Positions 28,093 through 37,648 of a stretch of DNA of 64,000 bases are shown piece after piece. The stretch covers positions 1,835,656-1,899,655 of the forward strand of contig OY761611.1 of the NCBI GenBank assembly GCA_963664875.1, written 5' to 3'. The DNA is from Candidatus Kapaibacterium sp. Its GTDB lineage: Bacteria > Bacteroidota > Ignavibacteria > Kapaibacteriales > UBA2268. Each line of letters begins with the position of its first letter. Position 1 is the stretch's first letter. A model generated the notes under the pieces. The model searched no databases and was not told where the DNA came from. It saw only the letters and a list, made by a program, of their open reading frames with translations. Both the position numbers and the translations under genes were made by a program.

Positions 28093-29244
28093 TTATATCG
28101 TTTTATCAAGGAAAATATCTCTCAATTCTAAAAATAAAGTAACCAAAGCTAATTGTGGATTTATGTTTTGCCTAATTCTTTTTATAGCCTCTTCTATCTT
28201 TAGTATTGCAAGTGAAAAATCGCTGCCGTTATAATGAGCTGCAAATTTCTGTATTACTTCCTTTTGGTCTATATTTATTACTTTAGGTTCGTTAGTAAGC
28301 GACGCCAGAGCCACGTCTCGCATCCAGACAAGTAATATATTCAAAGCTCTGTCTAATTTATTTTTATCCCGAGCTGCTGTCAGCTCATCTATTTTGTCTA
28401 ATAGTTCTACTCTGAAGATATTTTTTTTCATAGCACTACGCAGCAAATCTATGATTCCAAAACGCATTTCTTTCATATCTTCATCTAACATATCTTTTGC
28501 AAGGCTCAGCGATCCCTGACCGAAAACAGCAGCTATGCGTGCATTTATCTCATCAAACTCATAGAATTTTTGTAGGCCTTCTACCACTTCATCGTCAGAC
28601 AGGCGGCTGCATTTAATCTGCTGACACCTTGATTTGATAGTTTGAAGTATTTGGTCATGCCGAGAAGTGATTAGAAAAATGGTAACATTGCTGTGAGGTT
28701 CTTCTAGGTTTTTCAGAAACGCATTCGCAGATTCGACGCTCATCTCGTCTGATGCTAATATAATCAATATGCGTCTGCCTTTGCCGATACCTGAAAGAGC
28801 AAGATTTCTGTTAGCTTGTCTAATAGATGCAATCTTGATTTGGTTGGCATTTGTTATAGATAATTTATGGTATTTGTCTTTTGCTTTTAGTGCCAATTGC
28901 TCTTTGATTTCTTCGATTTGTTCGTCTGATAAAGTAGATAGCGGATCTTCATCTTTCTTGGAAGAAGCTTTGCCAGCCGGCATAGAGTGAACAAACTGGA
29001 GATTATTATGACTTAGGGCATCCATTTGCCTGCAGCTTTTACATGAATCGCAGGCGTTGATAGTATCGGATTCTATTACAGGGCTTTCACAATTTACGGT
29101 TTTTGCAAATTCTATCGCAAGAGCATCTTTGCCAATTCCTTCGGGGCCCCAAAGTAGGTAAGCATGTGCCACACGCCCCTCAAGGATAGCTCTCTGCAAT
29201 ATTTTTTTTTCTCGTTCGTGCCCTAATATCTGATACCAAGCCAT
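28093..29244 (-). CDS. holB: DNA polymerase III subunit delta prime
   Basis: AYLLWGPEGIGK Walker-like motif, zinc module CESP...CDSCKSCRQ, and SRCQ sensor motif. Confidence 0.85.
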   Translation of the reverse strand: MAWYQILGHEREKKILQRAILEGRVAHAYLLWGPEGIGKDALAIEFAKTVNCESPVIESDTINACDSCKSCRQMDALSHNNLQFVHSMPAGKASSKKDEDPLSTLSDEQIEEIKEQLALKAKDKYHKLSITNANQIKIASIRQANRNLALSGIGKGRRILIILASDEMSVESANAFLKNLEEPHSNVTIFLITSRHDQILQTIKSRCQQIKCSRLSDDEVVEGLQKFYEFDEINARIAAVFGQGSLSLAKDMLDEDMKEMRFGIIDLLRSAMKKNIFRVELLDKIDELTAARDKNKLDRALNILLVWMRDVALASLTNEPKVINIDQKEVIQKFAAHYNGSDFSLAILKIEEAIKRIRQNINPQLALVTLFLELRDIFLDKTI

Positions 29245-29347
29245 AATAAAATTTTAATAGTTTATAAAAGGCTAAATTTTCCAATTTCAGTCTAACAAAT
29301 TAGCAAATAAATATGTTTAACTCAAATAAATTGTAAGAGATATTGAT

Positions 29348-31531
29348 ATGTCTAAGAAAAAAACAGAAAACGATTCGCAATTAGTGAACTCTTACGAAAG
29401 AGTAGTAGAATGGGAAATAATTCAAGACCAACCTATTGGCTCTACATGCCACCATGGCAGAGGTGACTCTTGTAATGTTGACAGAACTAAACTTGACAGA
29501 TCTAAACCGCCACACGAAACTTTGAATCTTACTAAAGAAGATATGATAGCAGCCCTCAAAAACATGATGATGGCTCGATACACTGACGAAAAACACCTAA
29601 CATTAGTAAAACAAGGCAAATCTTTTTTCCATATTGGCGGTAGCGGTCACGAAACTGTACAAACTGCAGTAGCTTTAACTCTTCAGAAAAAGAAAGACTG
29701 GGGTTGGACTTATTATAGAGATATAGCATTCTCTTACGGTATGGGCTTTACTCCTAAAGATTACTTCTTACTCGCATTTGGAAAAGCAGATGATCCGGCA
29801 ACCGGTGGCCGTCAGATGCCGGGACACTTCGGTCATCCGGAACTAAACCTGCCGACTCAATCTTCTTCCACAGGTACTCAATATTTGAATGCAGTTGGTA
29901 CCGCACTTGCTTCACGCAAAAACGGAACTGATGAGATTACTTATGTTGCATCCGGCGAAGGTACTACTTCTCAGGGTGAATTTTATGAAGCAGTTAACTG
30001 GGCTACAAGACAGAAACTTCCTGTACTTTTCACCATTCAGGATAACGGCTACGCTATTTCTGTACCAAGGGCTGACCAGTCTATGGGTTCAAGCGTCGTG
30101 CATTCTTTCTGTTGCTATCCTAATTTATTGATGAAAGAATTCGACGGCACTGATTATTTCGAATCTCTCGCAGCTGCACGCGATGTCGCTGAATATATCA
30201 GAGCCGGCAAAGGCCCCGCACTTTTACATGCTGTTGTAGAGCGTTTGCTGCCTCACTCATCTTCTGATGATCAAAGAAAGTATAGAGATGCTGAAGAACT
30301 CGAACACGCGAAGGACAAAAAAGACGGTATTAAAAGATTATCAAATTATCTTATTGAACATAATTTTGCCACAAAGGAAGAATTAGACAATCTTTGGGAA
30401 TCAGTTAAAAATGATATAAATGAAGCAGCTGATCAAGCATGGAATGCTCCTGATGTAAAAGCAGAAGATTCCACTAAGCACGTTTTTGCTGCTGACGAAT
30501 CGCGTAACTTACCTTATGCTACTTCGGAGCCTACAGAAGGCGAACCTATCGTACTTGTCGATGCAATAAACCATGCCCTCAAAGAAGAGATGGCAAGAAA
30601 CGACAAAATGCTGATTTTTGGTGAAGATATTGGCGATCCAAAAGGTGGTGTGTTTACTGCAACTCGCGGCCTGACTGATATGTATGGAAAAGAAAGAGTA
30701 TTTAACTCCCCATTGGCAGAGGCATCTATCATGGGTGTTGCTCTTGGTTTGGCAGTAAGAGGATACAAACCTGTAGTCGAAATTCAGTTTGCTGACTATA
30801 TCTGGCCTGCATTTATGCAGTTTAGAAATGAAATTTCTACAATGAGATACCGCTCAAATGGCGGATTTAAAGCTCCTGTAGTTACTCGCGTAGCTACTGG
30901 TGGTTACATTCATGGTGGCTTGTGTCACTCTCAAAATATCGAAGGATTTTTCTCGCATATACCGGGGATTATGATTGCATATCCTTCTAACGCTGCTGAC
31001 GCTAAAGGCTTACTGAAAACTGCAATCAGAATGGACGACCCTGTATTGTTCTTAGAGCATAAAGGTATGTACCGTCTCCCGTTTGCGAGAACTATCGAAC
31101 CGGATGAAAACTATTTGATTCCGTTTGGTAAAGGTAAAATTATTAAAGAAGGCACAGATGCTACTGTCGTTACTTGGGGCATGGGAGTTAAAGATTCACT
31201 AAATGCTGCTAAGAAAATAGAAAAAGAAACCGGCAAATTAGTTGAAGTAATTGACTTAAGAACCATCATCCCTTGGGACAAAGAAATGGTACTCGAATCA
31301 GTCAAAAAAACCGGTAGAGTTCTTATTCAACACGAAGACACCCTAACCGGTGGGTTCGGTGGAGAAATTGCTGCAGTGCTCGCTAAGGAAGCTTTTACTT
31401 ACTTAGATGCACCTGTGATGAGAAACGCTGCTAAAGATACACATATTCCATACGCACCTGTGTATGAAGATGATGTATTACCATCTGAATCTAAAATTTA
31501 CGCTGATTTGATGGAATTATTGAACTTCTAA
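29348..31531 (+). CDS. 2-oxoacid (branched-chain type) dehydrogenase E1 component, fused alpha and beta subunits
   Basis: 727 aa. Alpha part has the TPP motif SGEGTTSQGEFYEAVNWA. Beta part has FGEDIGDPKGGVFTATRGL and EIQFADYIWPA. Confidence 0.85.
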   Translation: MSKKKTENDSQLVNSYERVVEWEIIQDQPIGSTCHHGRGDSCNVDRTKLDRSKPPHETLNLTKEDMIAALKNMMMARYTDEKHLTLVKQGKSFFHIGGSGHETVQTAVALTLQKKKDWGWTYYRDIAFSYGMGFTPKDYFLLAFGKADDPATGGRQMPGHFGHPELNLPTQSSSTGTQYLNAVGTALASRKNGTDEITYVASGEGTTSQGEFYEAVNWATRQKLPVLFTIQDNGYAISVPRADQSMGSSVVHSFCCYPNLLMKEFDGTDYFESLAAARDVAEYIRAGKGPALLHAVVERLLPHSSSDDQRKYRDAEELEHAKDKKDGIKRLSNYLIEHNFATKEELDNLWESVKNDINEAADQAWNAPDVKAEDSTKHVFAADESRNLPYATSEPTEGEPIVLVDAINHALKEEMARNDKMLIFGEDIGDPKGGVFTATRGLTDMYGKERVFNSPLAEASIMGVALGLAVRGYKPVVEIQFADYIWPAFMQFRNEISTMRYRSNGGFKAPVVTRVATGGYIHGGLCHSQNIEGFFSHIPGIMIAYPSNAADAKGLLKTAIRMDDPVLFLEHKGMYRLPFARTIEPDENYLIPFGKGKIIKEGTDATVVTWGMGVKDSLNAAKKIEKETGKLVEVIDLRTIIPWDKEMVLESVKKTGRVLIQHEDTLTGGFGGEIAAVLAKEAFTYLDAPVMRNAAKDTHIPYAPVYEDDVLPSESKIYADLMELLNF

Positions 31532-31553
31532 TTACTGCTTTGAATTATATACA

Positions 31554-31594
31554 AAAACGGGTAATGATTTTGCTTAATCGTTACCCGTTTTTTT
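31554..31594 (+). terminator. Rho-independent terminator
   Basis: AAAACGGGTAA-GATT / AATCGTTACCCGTTTT long stem with a T7 run. Confidence 0.8.
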
Positions 31595-31638
31595 GATTAT
31601 TTATTTTACCCAAAGGATAAAAATCCAAATCACAGTGC

Positions 31639-32886
31639 CTAATTAACAGACGCAGAAAGCTTAATCTTTGTAGCCACATCTTCAAACTTAGTTGTTTCTT
31701 TACCAACTAACTTGACATCAGCTTTGCGACCTTGGAAGTCACCTTCGTAACCGCCTTTGTATTTTTCAACTACTTTTTGAGTTTTATCATAGCTTACGAT
31801 TTTTTCCTGATTGTAAGAGTAAGCTCTTGCTCCTGCGCAGTAGTGCTCAGCTACTTTTGCATTTGCTGTGAAAAGGAATTTTTGTTTGCCACTAACAAAA
31901 TCTACTTCGCGGAAATCAAAATTCTGAGCGTCGTGGAATCTGTCAAACTCTTTAGTTTCGGCATTGTATCTGTGCTCTTCGATTTTATTTAGTTTCCCGT
32001 TGGCATCGTAGCTATATGTAAACTTCATATTTTTTGGAGTCAAAGTTTCCATCTTGTCGTCATTGTAGCCAATAATACTCACTACTCTACCTTTATCATC
32101 TTTTTCAATTTTGTACCATTCTTCTTTAGCGTGGTGTTCGCATTCTGCTTCGCCGGCTACCATGTGAGTAGGGATGCCTTGTTCGTCGAAATCAGTGTGA
32201 GCAACCCATTGCAAATCACCGACTTTAAACTCTTTCTCAGGTTTTTCGCCGGATTCTTTGATTTTTTCCTGATCTTCTTTTGTGAAATATGCTTTTATTT
32301 CATCTACGAAAAATGCAGCATCCTGAGGCCCTTCATGTCTGTATTCTGGTGCAGGGAAGTATCTGTATTTACTAACCATTTCAACATTTCTTCCCTCAAC
32401 ATTCTTGAACTCAGGGTCTTTGCTGAATTTAGTATATTCTTCAGAAATAAGATATCCTTTTTCAAAATGATAAACCAATGTATGTGATAGGTTTTCAGAG
32501 GCTTGCTCGCCATCGTAAACTGTTTTTTCTAATAAGAAATAGCTATGAGGGCAGTATTTTGTAACTACTGTTTCTGTTATAGTTTCGAGTTCTTCTGTTA
32601 TTTCTTTGATAGGCAGGCGATCTTCACCTAATTCTCTTTTGACAACTTTATTGATAGTGCCGTCTTCTGCTTTATATTCTGCTTTAATCCAGAAGAAATC
32701 TTCCGGTTTTTCGTAAGTGTATTCAATGATTTCTTTCTCAGTGCCGTCTTCATTGATAGTTTCAACGATTTTTGTAATAGGTCTGATTTGAGTAATTGTC
32801 TCTTCTTCGACCTTAGTTTCCATATTGCCACAAGCAGAAATAAATAGCATAGCTGCTAAAAATGCAAGTGATAAATACTTTTGCAT
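31639..32886 (-). CDS. Hypothetical lipoprotein
   Basis: MQKYLSLAFLAAMLFISAC lipobox. 415 aa, E/K-rich. No family recognised. Confidence 0.6.
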   Translation of the reverse strand: MQKYLSLAFLAAMLFISACGNMETKVEEETITQIRPITKIVETINEDGTEKEIIEYTYEKPEDFFWIKAEYKAEDGTINKVVKRELGEDRLPIKEITEELETITETVVTKYCPHSYFLLEKTVYDGEQASENLSHTLVYHFEKGYLISEEYTKFSKDPEFKNVEGRNVEMVSKYRYFPAPEYRHEGPQDAAFFVDEIKAYFTKEDQEKIKESGEKPEKEFKVGDLQWVAHTDFDEQGIPTHMVAGEAECEHHAKEEWYKIEKDDKGRVVSIIGYNDDKMETLTPKNMKFTYSYDANGKLNKIEEHRYNAETKEFDRFHDAQNFDFREVDFVSGKQKFLFTANAKVAEHYCAGARAYSYNQEKIVSYDKTQKVVEKYKGGYEGDFQGRKADVKLVGKETTKFEDVATKIKLSASVN

Positions 32887-32962
32887 AAATAACCCCTTTG
32901 TAAAAAGTATGATTTGAATAATAACTAAATTTACACATTAGACTTGTAAGAAACAAAGAATT

Positions 32963-34318
32963 ATGATAAAAAATAGAATCTTTTGCCTAAATAGTATTCC
33001 TGTTCGAAAGGGTACTGTGATTTATCTTATGAGCAGAGACCAAAGAGTTGCTTATAATCATGCCCTACTGTATGCTATCGAAATCGCAAATTCGACTAAA
33101 TCTGATTTGATTGTCTGCTTCAATTTGATGAGCAATTTTCTGAATGCACCCCTTAGACATTTTGACTTTATGCTGCAGGGATTAAAGGAGACTGCAAAGG
33201 AGCTGGAGCTACTTAATATTCCTTTTACGATACTCTTTGGCGATGCAGGATCTAATATTCCATCCCTAATAGAACAAGCTCAGGCAGGGCTTCTTATTAC
33301 AGATTTTGATCCGCTTAAAATCAAAGTTGAAAGAAATAATAAGATTTTGGCAAAGATAAATATTGCTTTCCATGAGGTGGATACCCATAATATTATTCCT
33401 GCAAGATTCATTTCTCAGAAGGAAGAATTTGCGGCTTACACTTTGCGTCCTAAAATAAACAAGCTCAAAGCTGACTATCTCGAAAAAATGCCGGTTGTTG
33501 AAAGGTTTGACTTCGCTCGTAGTTCTGATTTAAATAACATTCAACAATTCGATAAGATTGATTATTCCAAATTTGATAATTCAGTTTCCACTTTAACAAC
33601 TATTAAGCCCGGGAGAAATGCAGCACTCGCAACCCTCGACGAATTTGTAAAATACAAACTAAAACACTATCACACATTAAGGAATCACCCTGAAACTGAC
33701 TATCAGTCAGACCTGTCCCCGTATTTACACTTTGGAAATATATCTTCCCTTGAAACAGTACTTCGAGTCATGGAGGCAGATGCACCACAAGAAGCTAAGG
33801 ATTCTTTTATAGAAGAAATCTTTGTTCGTAAAGAGCTTGCTGATAACTTTTGTCTTTACAATAGCAATTACGACAACAGCCTCGGTTTCAAGGACTGGGC
33901 AAAACAGACACTTGCACAGCACCAACAGGATAGACGTGATTATCTCTATACTCTAAGTCAACTCGAACATGCAACTACGCATGATGTGTTTTGGAATGCA
34001 GCACAGATGGAAATGGTAACTAATGGAAAAATGCACGGCTATATGAGAATGTATTGGGCAAAAAAAATATTAGAATGGACTGAGTCTCCGGAGCAAGCTA
34101 TGAGCTTTGCTATCTATCTCAATGACAGATATAGTATTGACGGCAGAGACCCTAACGGATACACAGGCATTGCTTGGAGCATTGGCGGCATACATGACAG
34201 AGCCTGGCAGGAACGCCCCATCTTTGGGAAAATACGTTATATGAACGATAAAGGACTTACACGGAAATTTGATATGGAAGCATATCTCAGAAAAGTAAAA
34301 CTAATAAAACTTATATGA
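32963..34318 (+). CDS. phr: Deoxyribodipyrimidine photolyase, class II
   Basis: Class II pattern YLMSRDQRVAYNHALLYA at the N-terminus and a FAD-binding C-terminal region (HGYMRMYWAKKILEW, GIAWSIGGIHDRAW). Confidence 0.85.
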   Translation: MIKNRIFCLNSIPVRKGTVIYLMSRDQRVAYNHALLYAIEIANSTKSDLIVCFNLMSNFLNAPLRHFDFMLQGLKETAKELELLNIPFTILFGDAGSNIPSLIEQAQAGLLITDFDPLKIKVERNNKILAKINIAFHEVDTHNIIPARFISQKEEFAAYTLRPKINKLKADYLEKMPVVERFDFARSSDLNNIQQFDKIDYSKFDNSVSTLTTIKPGRNAALATLDEFVKYKLKHYHTLRNHPETDYQSDLSPYLHFGNISSLETVLRVMEADAPQEAKDSFIEEIFVRKELADNFCLYNSNYDNSLGFKDWAKQTLAQHQQDRRDYLYTLSQLEHATTHDVFWNAAQMEMVTNGKMHGYMRMYWAKKILEWTESPEQAMSFAIYLNDRYSIDGRDPNGYTGIAWSIGGIHDRAWQERPIFGKIRYMNDKGLTRKFDMEAYLRKVKLIKLI

Positions 34319-34957
34319 CCAATTGATCCCAAAAATGCTGACAGTTTTATCTCTATGCAGCATATCTTCGAACATATAGCTTAGTTCTATATCGGAAAAT
34401 CGGGTGATTTCTACCTGAGCACCTATTGCATAGCGTGCTTTATAGATTCTTCCTTTATCTTCTCCGAGAGAGCTGTAAAATAAATCAACTGACACGAAAG
34501 GTTCCAACTTTTTGTCGTATTTGTATGCAATTTCAAACTTATTTCTATACTGCTCGGGCGAATCCGTGAGTTCGGAGTATTTCCTGTGATAGCGCAATCT
34601 ATACGAAAAGTCAAAATCGCCTAATTCAAAACCAGTCGAGATGTTCCCATACAGCTCATGTCGGGCGTAAGAGCTGAATGATCTATATCTATAAGCACTG
34701 CTAATCTTTAAAAAGTCAAACAAATCATAGGACAAAGAAAAATCTGTTACACTTTGCCCAAAAGAATTGATATTATTATCAAATCGAAATTCCTGTGCTA
34801 CTGCAAATTCAAAATCATTGGATATAACATAAGACAACTCCACGCCTGACCATAGCTCAGAATCAGTATTTGCTTTTTCGATGGGTTGCGAAAACGCAGG
34901 CACAGCCATCATTAGCAACAAAAAACTAATTATACCTGTTAACTTTTTCATCTTCAA
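34301..34957 (-). CDS. Outer-membrane beta-barrel protein (possibly DUF2490-like)
   Basis: Signal peptide (LLLMMAVPAFSQP), alternating aromatic/polar strands, and a C-terminal aromatic end WSYKFY. Its start overlaps the upstream DUF4956 gene. Confidence 0.55.
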   Translation of the reverse strand: MKMKKLTGIISFLLLMMAVPAFSQPIEKANTDSELWSGVELSYVISNDFEFAVAQEFRFDNNINSFGQSVTDFSLSYDLFDFLKISSAYRYRSFSSYARHELYGNISTGFELGDFDFSYRLRYHRKYSELTDSPEQYRNKFEIAYKYDKKLEPFVSVDLFYSSLGEDKGRIYKARYAIGAQVEITRFSDIELSYMFEDMLHRDKTVSIFGINWSYKFY

Positions 34958-35555
34958 AATAGAATATCTTGATTTGTGCTACATCTCTAAGAAAATCAAT
35001 TTTACCAACTTCTGCACGGTGTATCTTCAACCCTGTTCTTTCTCTGAGATCTTCGATAAGTTGGTCATAATTCTCAGGTTTTATCAGATCGATTTTCTCA
35101 TACAGCACTTCTCTTTTATACTCGTTTTTGACCCATGTTTTTTCCAATACAAAGGCAAACGAAATCAAAGCTATATTTGGAAAAAGCAGCTCCGCAAAGC
35201 TAATGCTTCCTGCAGTGAGCGAATTGATAATAGCCACACTTAAAGAAATAAACATATAGGTCATTTCTTTGATAGGCACGGTAGTTGTTCGATATCTCAA
35301 AATAGAGAATATAGCAAAAACACCAAAAGCAAAACCAATGGATATTTTGGCACTGCTTAGCAAATAGCAGACAAAAAATACGACAAGATTGAAGATAAAC
35401 AAAGTAAACAGATAATCTCTGTTTTGACGCAGCTTATAGTATATCAGCCTTGCTATTATATAAATCACTATTAAATTGAAAAAGAAACGAAATGCTAAAC
35501 TGCCAAAGCCGGCAGCGTTAAATATATCCATCCCAATTAAGTCGCTAAAATTCAT
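34926..35555 (-). CDS. DUF4956-like integral membrane protein (partner of VTC-domain proteins)
   Basis: Four predicted TM helices plus a soluble C-terminal domain, 209 aa. Overlaps the VTC gene by 11 nt. Confidence 0.65.
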   Translation of the reverse strand: MNFSDLIGMDIFNAAGFGSLAFRFFFNLIVIYIIARLIYYKLRQNRDYLFTLFIFNLVVFFVCYLLSSAKISIGFAFGVFAIFSILRYRTTTVPIKEMTYMFISLSVAIINSLTAGSISFAELLFPNIALISFAFVLEKTWVKNEYKREVLYEKIDLIKPENYDQLIEDLRERTGLKIHRAEVGKIDFLRDVAQIKIFYFEDEKVNRYN

Positions 35556-36351
35556 AGTTTGAATCGCAAAGTTGGTTAATATAAAGTATCTTTTCTTTAA
35601 AACGATTGTATTTCACACCCGGAGTAGTCAAAACTATTCCCAGACAGTATTTACTGATTTTTACAGGGCGAATGCCTTGCTGTTTCAAAATATTCGTAAA
35701 TACTGTATGTGGTTTTAGTCTATCTAACTTTATTTCTATAATTGCCAAATCTTCCAGATGCTTTGTATTATTATAATTGTCAAAATTTAGATTATAGTCC
35801 AGAGTAATTTTTTCTTTTGATTCTAAATTCATCAAAGTTATTCTATTGTAAGATATATCCAAAGTTGGGAACAGATTGTCTGCACTAATACCCAGTGAGT
35901 TTAGTATTATCTGATCTGCTCCTCCATTTATGCTTGTTTCAAAACCCTTTTTGTTCATCCTTGTTTTTTCAGTCTTACTTTTGTTGGTCTTGAATTTCAT
36001 CTCAAAAAAGTATCTGTCTATATCTACATAATGTCTGTATCTTACTTTGTATCTATTGAGTTTGCCACTATGATGGATATTATACAGCATCAAATCTTTC
36101 GTATCAAAATATTGATTTTGGTACTCAAAATCACGTTTACCATCTATATCTAAAACCTTATAATCAGATACAACAGAGGTAAGGACATCAATCAGTTGAG
36201 ACTTTTTGACAATATATTTCGAATCATACCTATTGAGAAGCTTCAGGTTTTCCAAATCACCCAAAGAAGCAGGCTCAAAATCGGAATACAGTTTATCGTG
36301 TAACTTATTATTTAGTATATCTTTTTCCATAAATCTCTTAAAACAGCTCAA
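35545..36351 (-). CDS. VTC domain-containing protein (polyphosphate polymerase-type domain)
   Basis: VTC tunnel-fold pattern: NRYDSKYIV, YFDT, RYKVRYRHY, FFEMKFKT, ITLDYNLNF, IIEIKLD. Confidence 0.75.
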   Translation of the reverse strand: MSCFKRFMEKDILNNKLHDKLYSDFEPASLGDLENLKLLNRYDSKYIVKKSQLIDVLTSVVSDYKVLDIDGKRDFEYQNQYFDTKDLMLYNIHHSGKLNRYKVRYRHYVDIDRYFFEMKFKTNKSKTEKTRMNKKGFETSINGGADQIILNSLGISADNLFPTLDISYNRITLMNLESKEKITLDYNLNFDNYNNTKHLEDLAIIEIKLDRLKPHTVFTNILKQQGIRPVKISKYCLGIVLTTPGVKYNRFKEKILYINQLCDSNYEF

Positions 36352-36546
36352 AAATCATGTTGGTGTTTATTGTAATCTATCATCCTGAAAATTTTTCCGT
36401 CATTTATTCTCACATCAATATAAACACCCCAGAGGCTAAAAGGTTTAGCTGAATTGCTAAAATAATTTTACAATTTACAAAATTTGAACATATAAATCTA
36501 TAATATGCCAATAATTCGTAAAATTACTTGCTTTGTGTATTTGTGG

Positions 36547-36930
36547 TTAAATAATTTTGGAGCTTTGAAATCCGAGGTAGGCTAAAAGGATTCCACCAAA
36601 AAGAGAGAGGGACATATTCATAATTGCCTGTAATATTTGCCCGTCTATAAGCAGTTTGAGATTATCCAGACTAAATGAGGAAAACGTAGTAAACCCTCCT
36701 AATACTCCTACTATGAGAAACAAAGTAAATTTCTCATCAATATTAGGATTGTTGCTAAAGATACCCCAGAGCAAACCAATCAGATAAGAACCTGACAAAT
36801 TTGCAAGCAGCACTCCAAAAGGGAATCTGTCGTTAGATAGCAGTCCGGATACAGCCAAGCCAAGCAAATACCTTGCTATTGCACCAAAAAAGCCACCTAA
36901 ACCTACTAATAATATATTCATCATTGACAA
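36547..36930 (-). CDS. crcB: Fluoride ion channel CrcB/FluC
   Basis: 127 aa, four TM helices, with GGFFGAIARY and GVLGGFTTFSSF motifs. Confidence 0.88.
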   Translation of the reverse strand: MSMMNILLVGLGGFFGAIARYLLGLAVSGLLSNDRFPFGVLLANLSGSYLIGLLWGIFSNNPNIDEKFTLFLIVGVLGGFTTFSSFSLDNLKLLIDGQILQAIMNMSLSLFGGILLAYLGFQSSKII

Positions 36931-37009
36931 TATTGAACTTTGTTTTACGATATAAATATTTTATCTTGTATAGACGCAAATATAAGGAAATTTACCAAAA
37001 GGAGACATC

Positions 37010-37573
37010 ATGCTGAAAAGATACCTGATTTTAGCTTTACTATGTTTTGTTTCATTGCCCGCATTTGCTCAAAAGGGCGAAACATATAACGAGGACGTAC
37101 CAAGCCTTTACGGAATCCATGCAGAACTGGGCTACGGTGCACCCGGCTTAGGTGCAGGACTCGGCTTTAGATACGAGTTTTTTAGCTTTACAGTAGGGCT
37201 TTCTGGATTTGCCAATTCTATTCCTAATTATCTTTCTTACAAAGAAGGAGAAAACTTGCAGCTCAATCAACCTTTGCCCGGAGGCTATGTCCAAGAAGAA
37301 TATGAAGCTATCGTAGTTTCATTTGATGCTGCATATAATCATGAATTTGATTGGGGTAATGTTTATGCCGGAGTTGGTTTTTATTCGCAGCAGGATACCG
37401 TTCTGGCAAAAGAAGTCAAAACAGGAGATTACTACACTCGAGGCGTTATCAACTCCAGCGGTATTTGCTTCAACTTTGGAGCAGATTATTACTGGTCTGA
37501 AAATATAGGTATTGGTTTAGCTATTCACACCAAAAAAGGTATCTTGGCGAGATTTTCTTACTATTGGTGGTAA
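37010..37573 (+). CDS. Small outer-membrane beta-barrel protein
   Basis: Signal peptide ending PAFAQ, Gly/aromatic-rich strands, and C-terminal FSYYWW. Confidence 0.6.
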   Translation: MLKRYLILALLCFVSLPAFAQKGETYNEDVPSLYGIHAELGYGAPGLGAGLGFRYEFFSFTVGLSGFANSIPNYLSYKEGENLQLNQPLPGGYVQEEYEAIVVSFDAAYNHEFDWGNVYAGVGFYSQQDTVLAKEVKTGDYYTRGVINSSGICFNFGADYYWSENIGIGLAIHTKKGILARFSYYWW

Positions 37574-37614
37574 GCTTCTTACCTTACTAATGATTAGTGG
37601 AATATGTACCAAAA

Positions 37615-37648
37615 AGAGGCACCCTTTGCTGTAGTGTCTCTTTTTTTT
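37615..37648 (+). terminator. Rho-independent terminator
   Basis: AGAGGCAC / GTGTCTCT stem (one G-U pair) followed by T8. Confidence 0.65.

Noticed and set aside
36931-37009. Expected fluoride (crcB-motif) riboswitch upstream of crcB
   Set aside because: Only 79 bp of AT-rich DNA separate crcB from the divergent beta-barrel gene. None of the conserved riboswitch pseudoknot elements is present, so crcB appears to be riboswitch-independent here.
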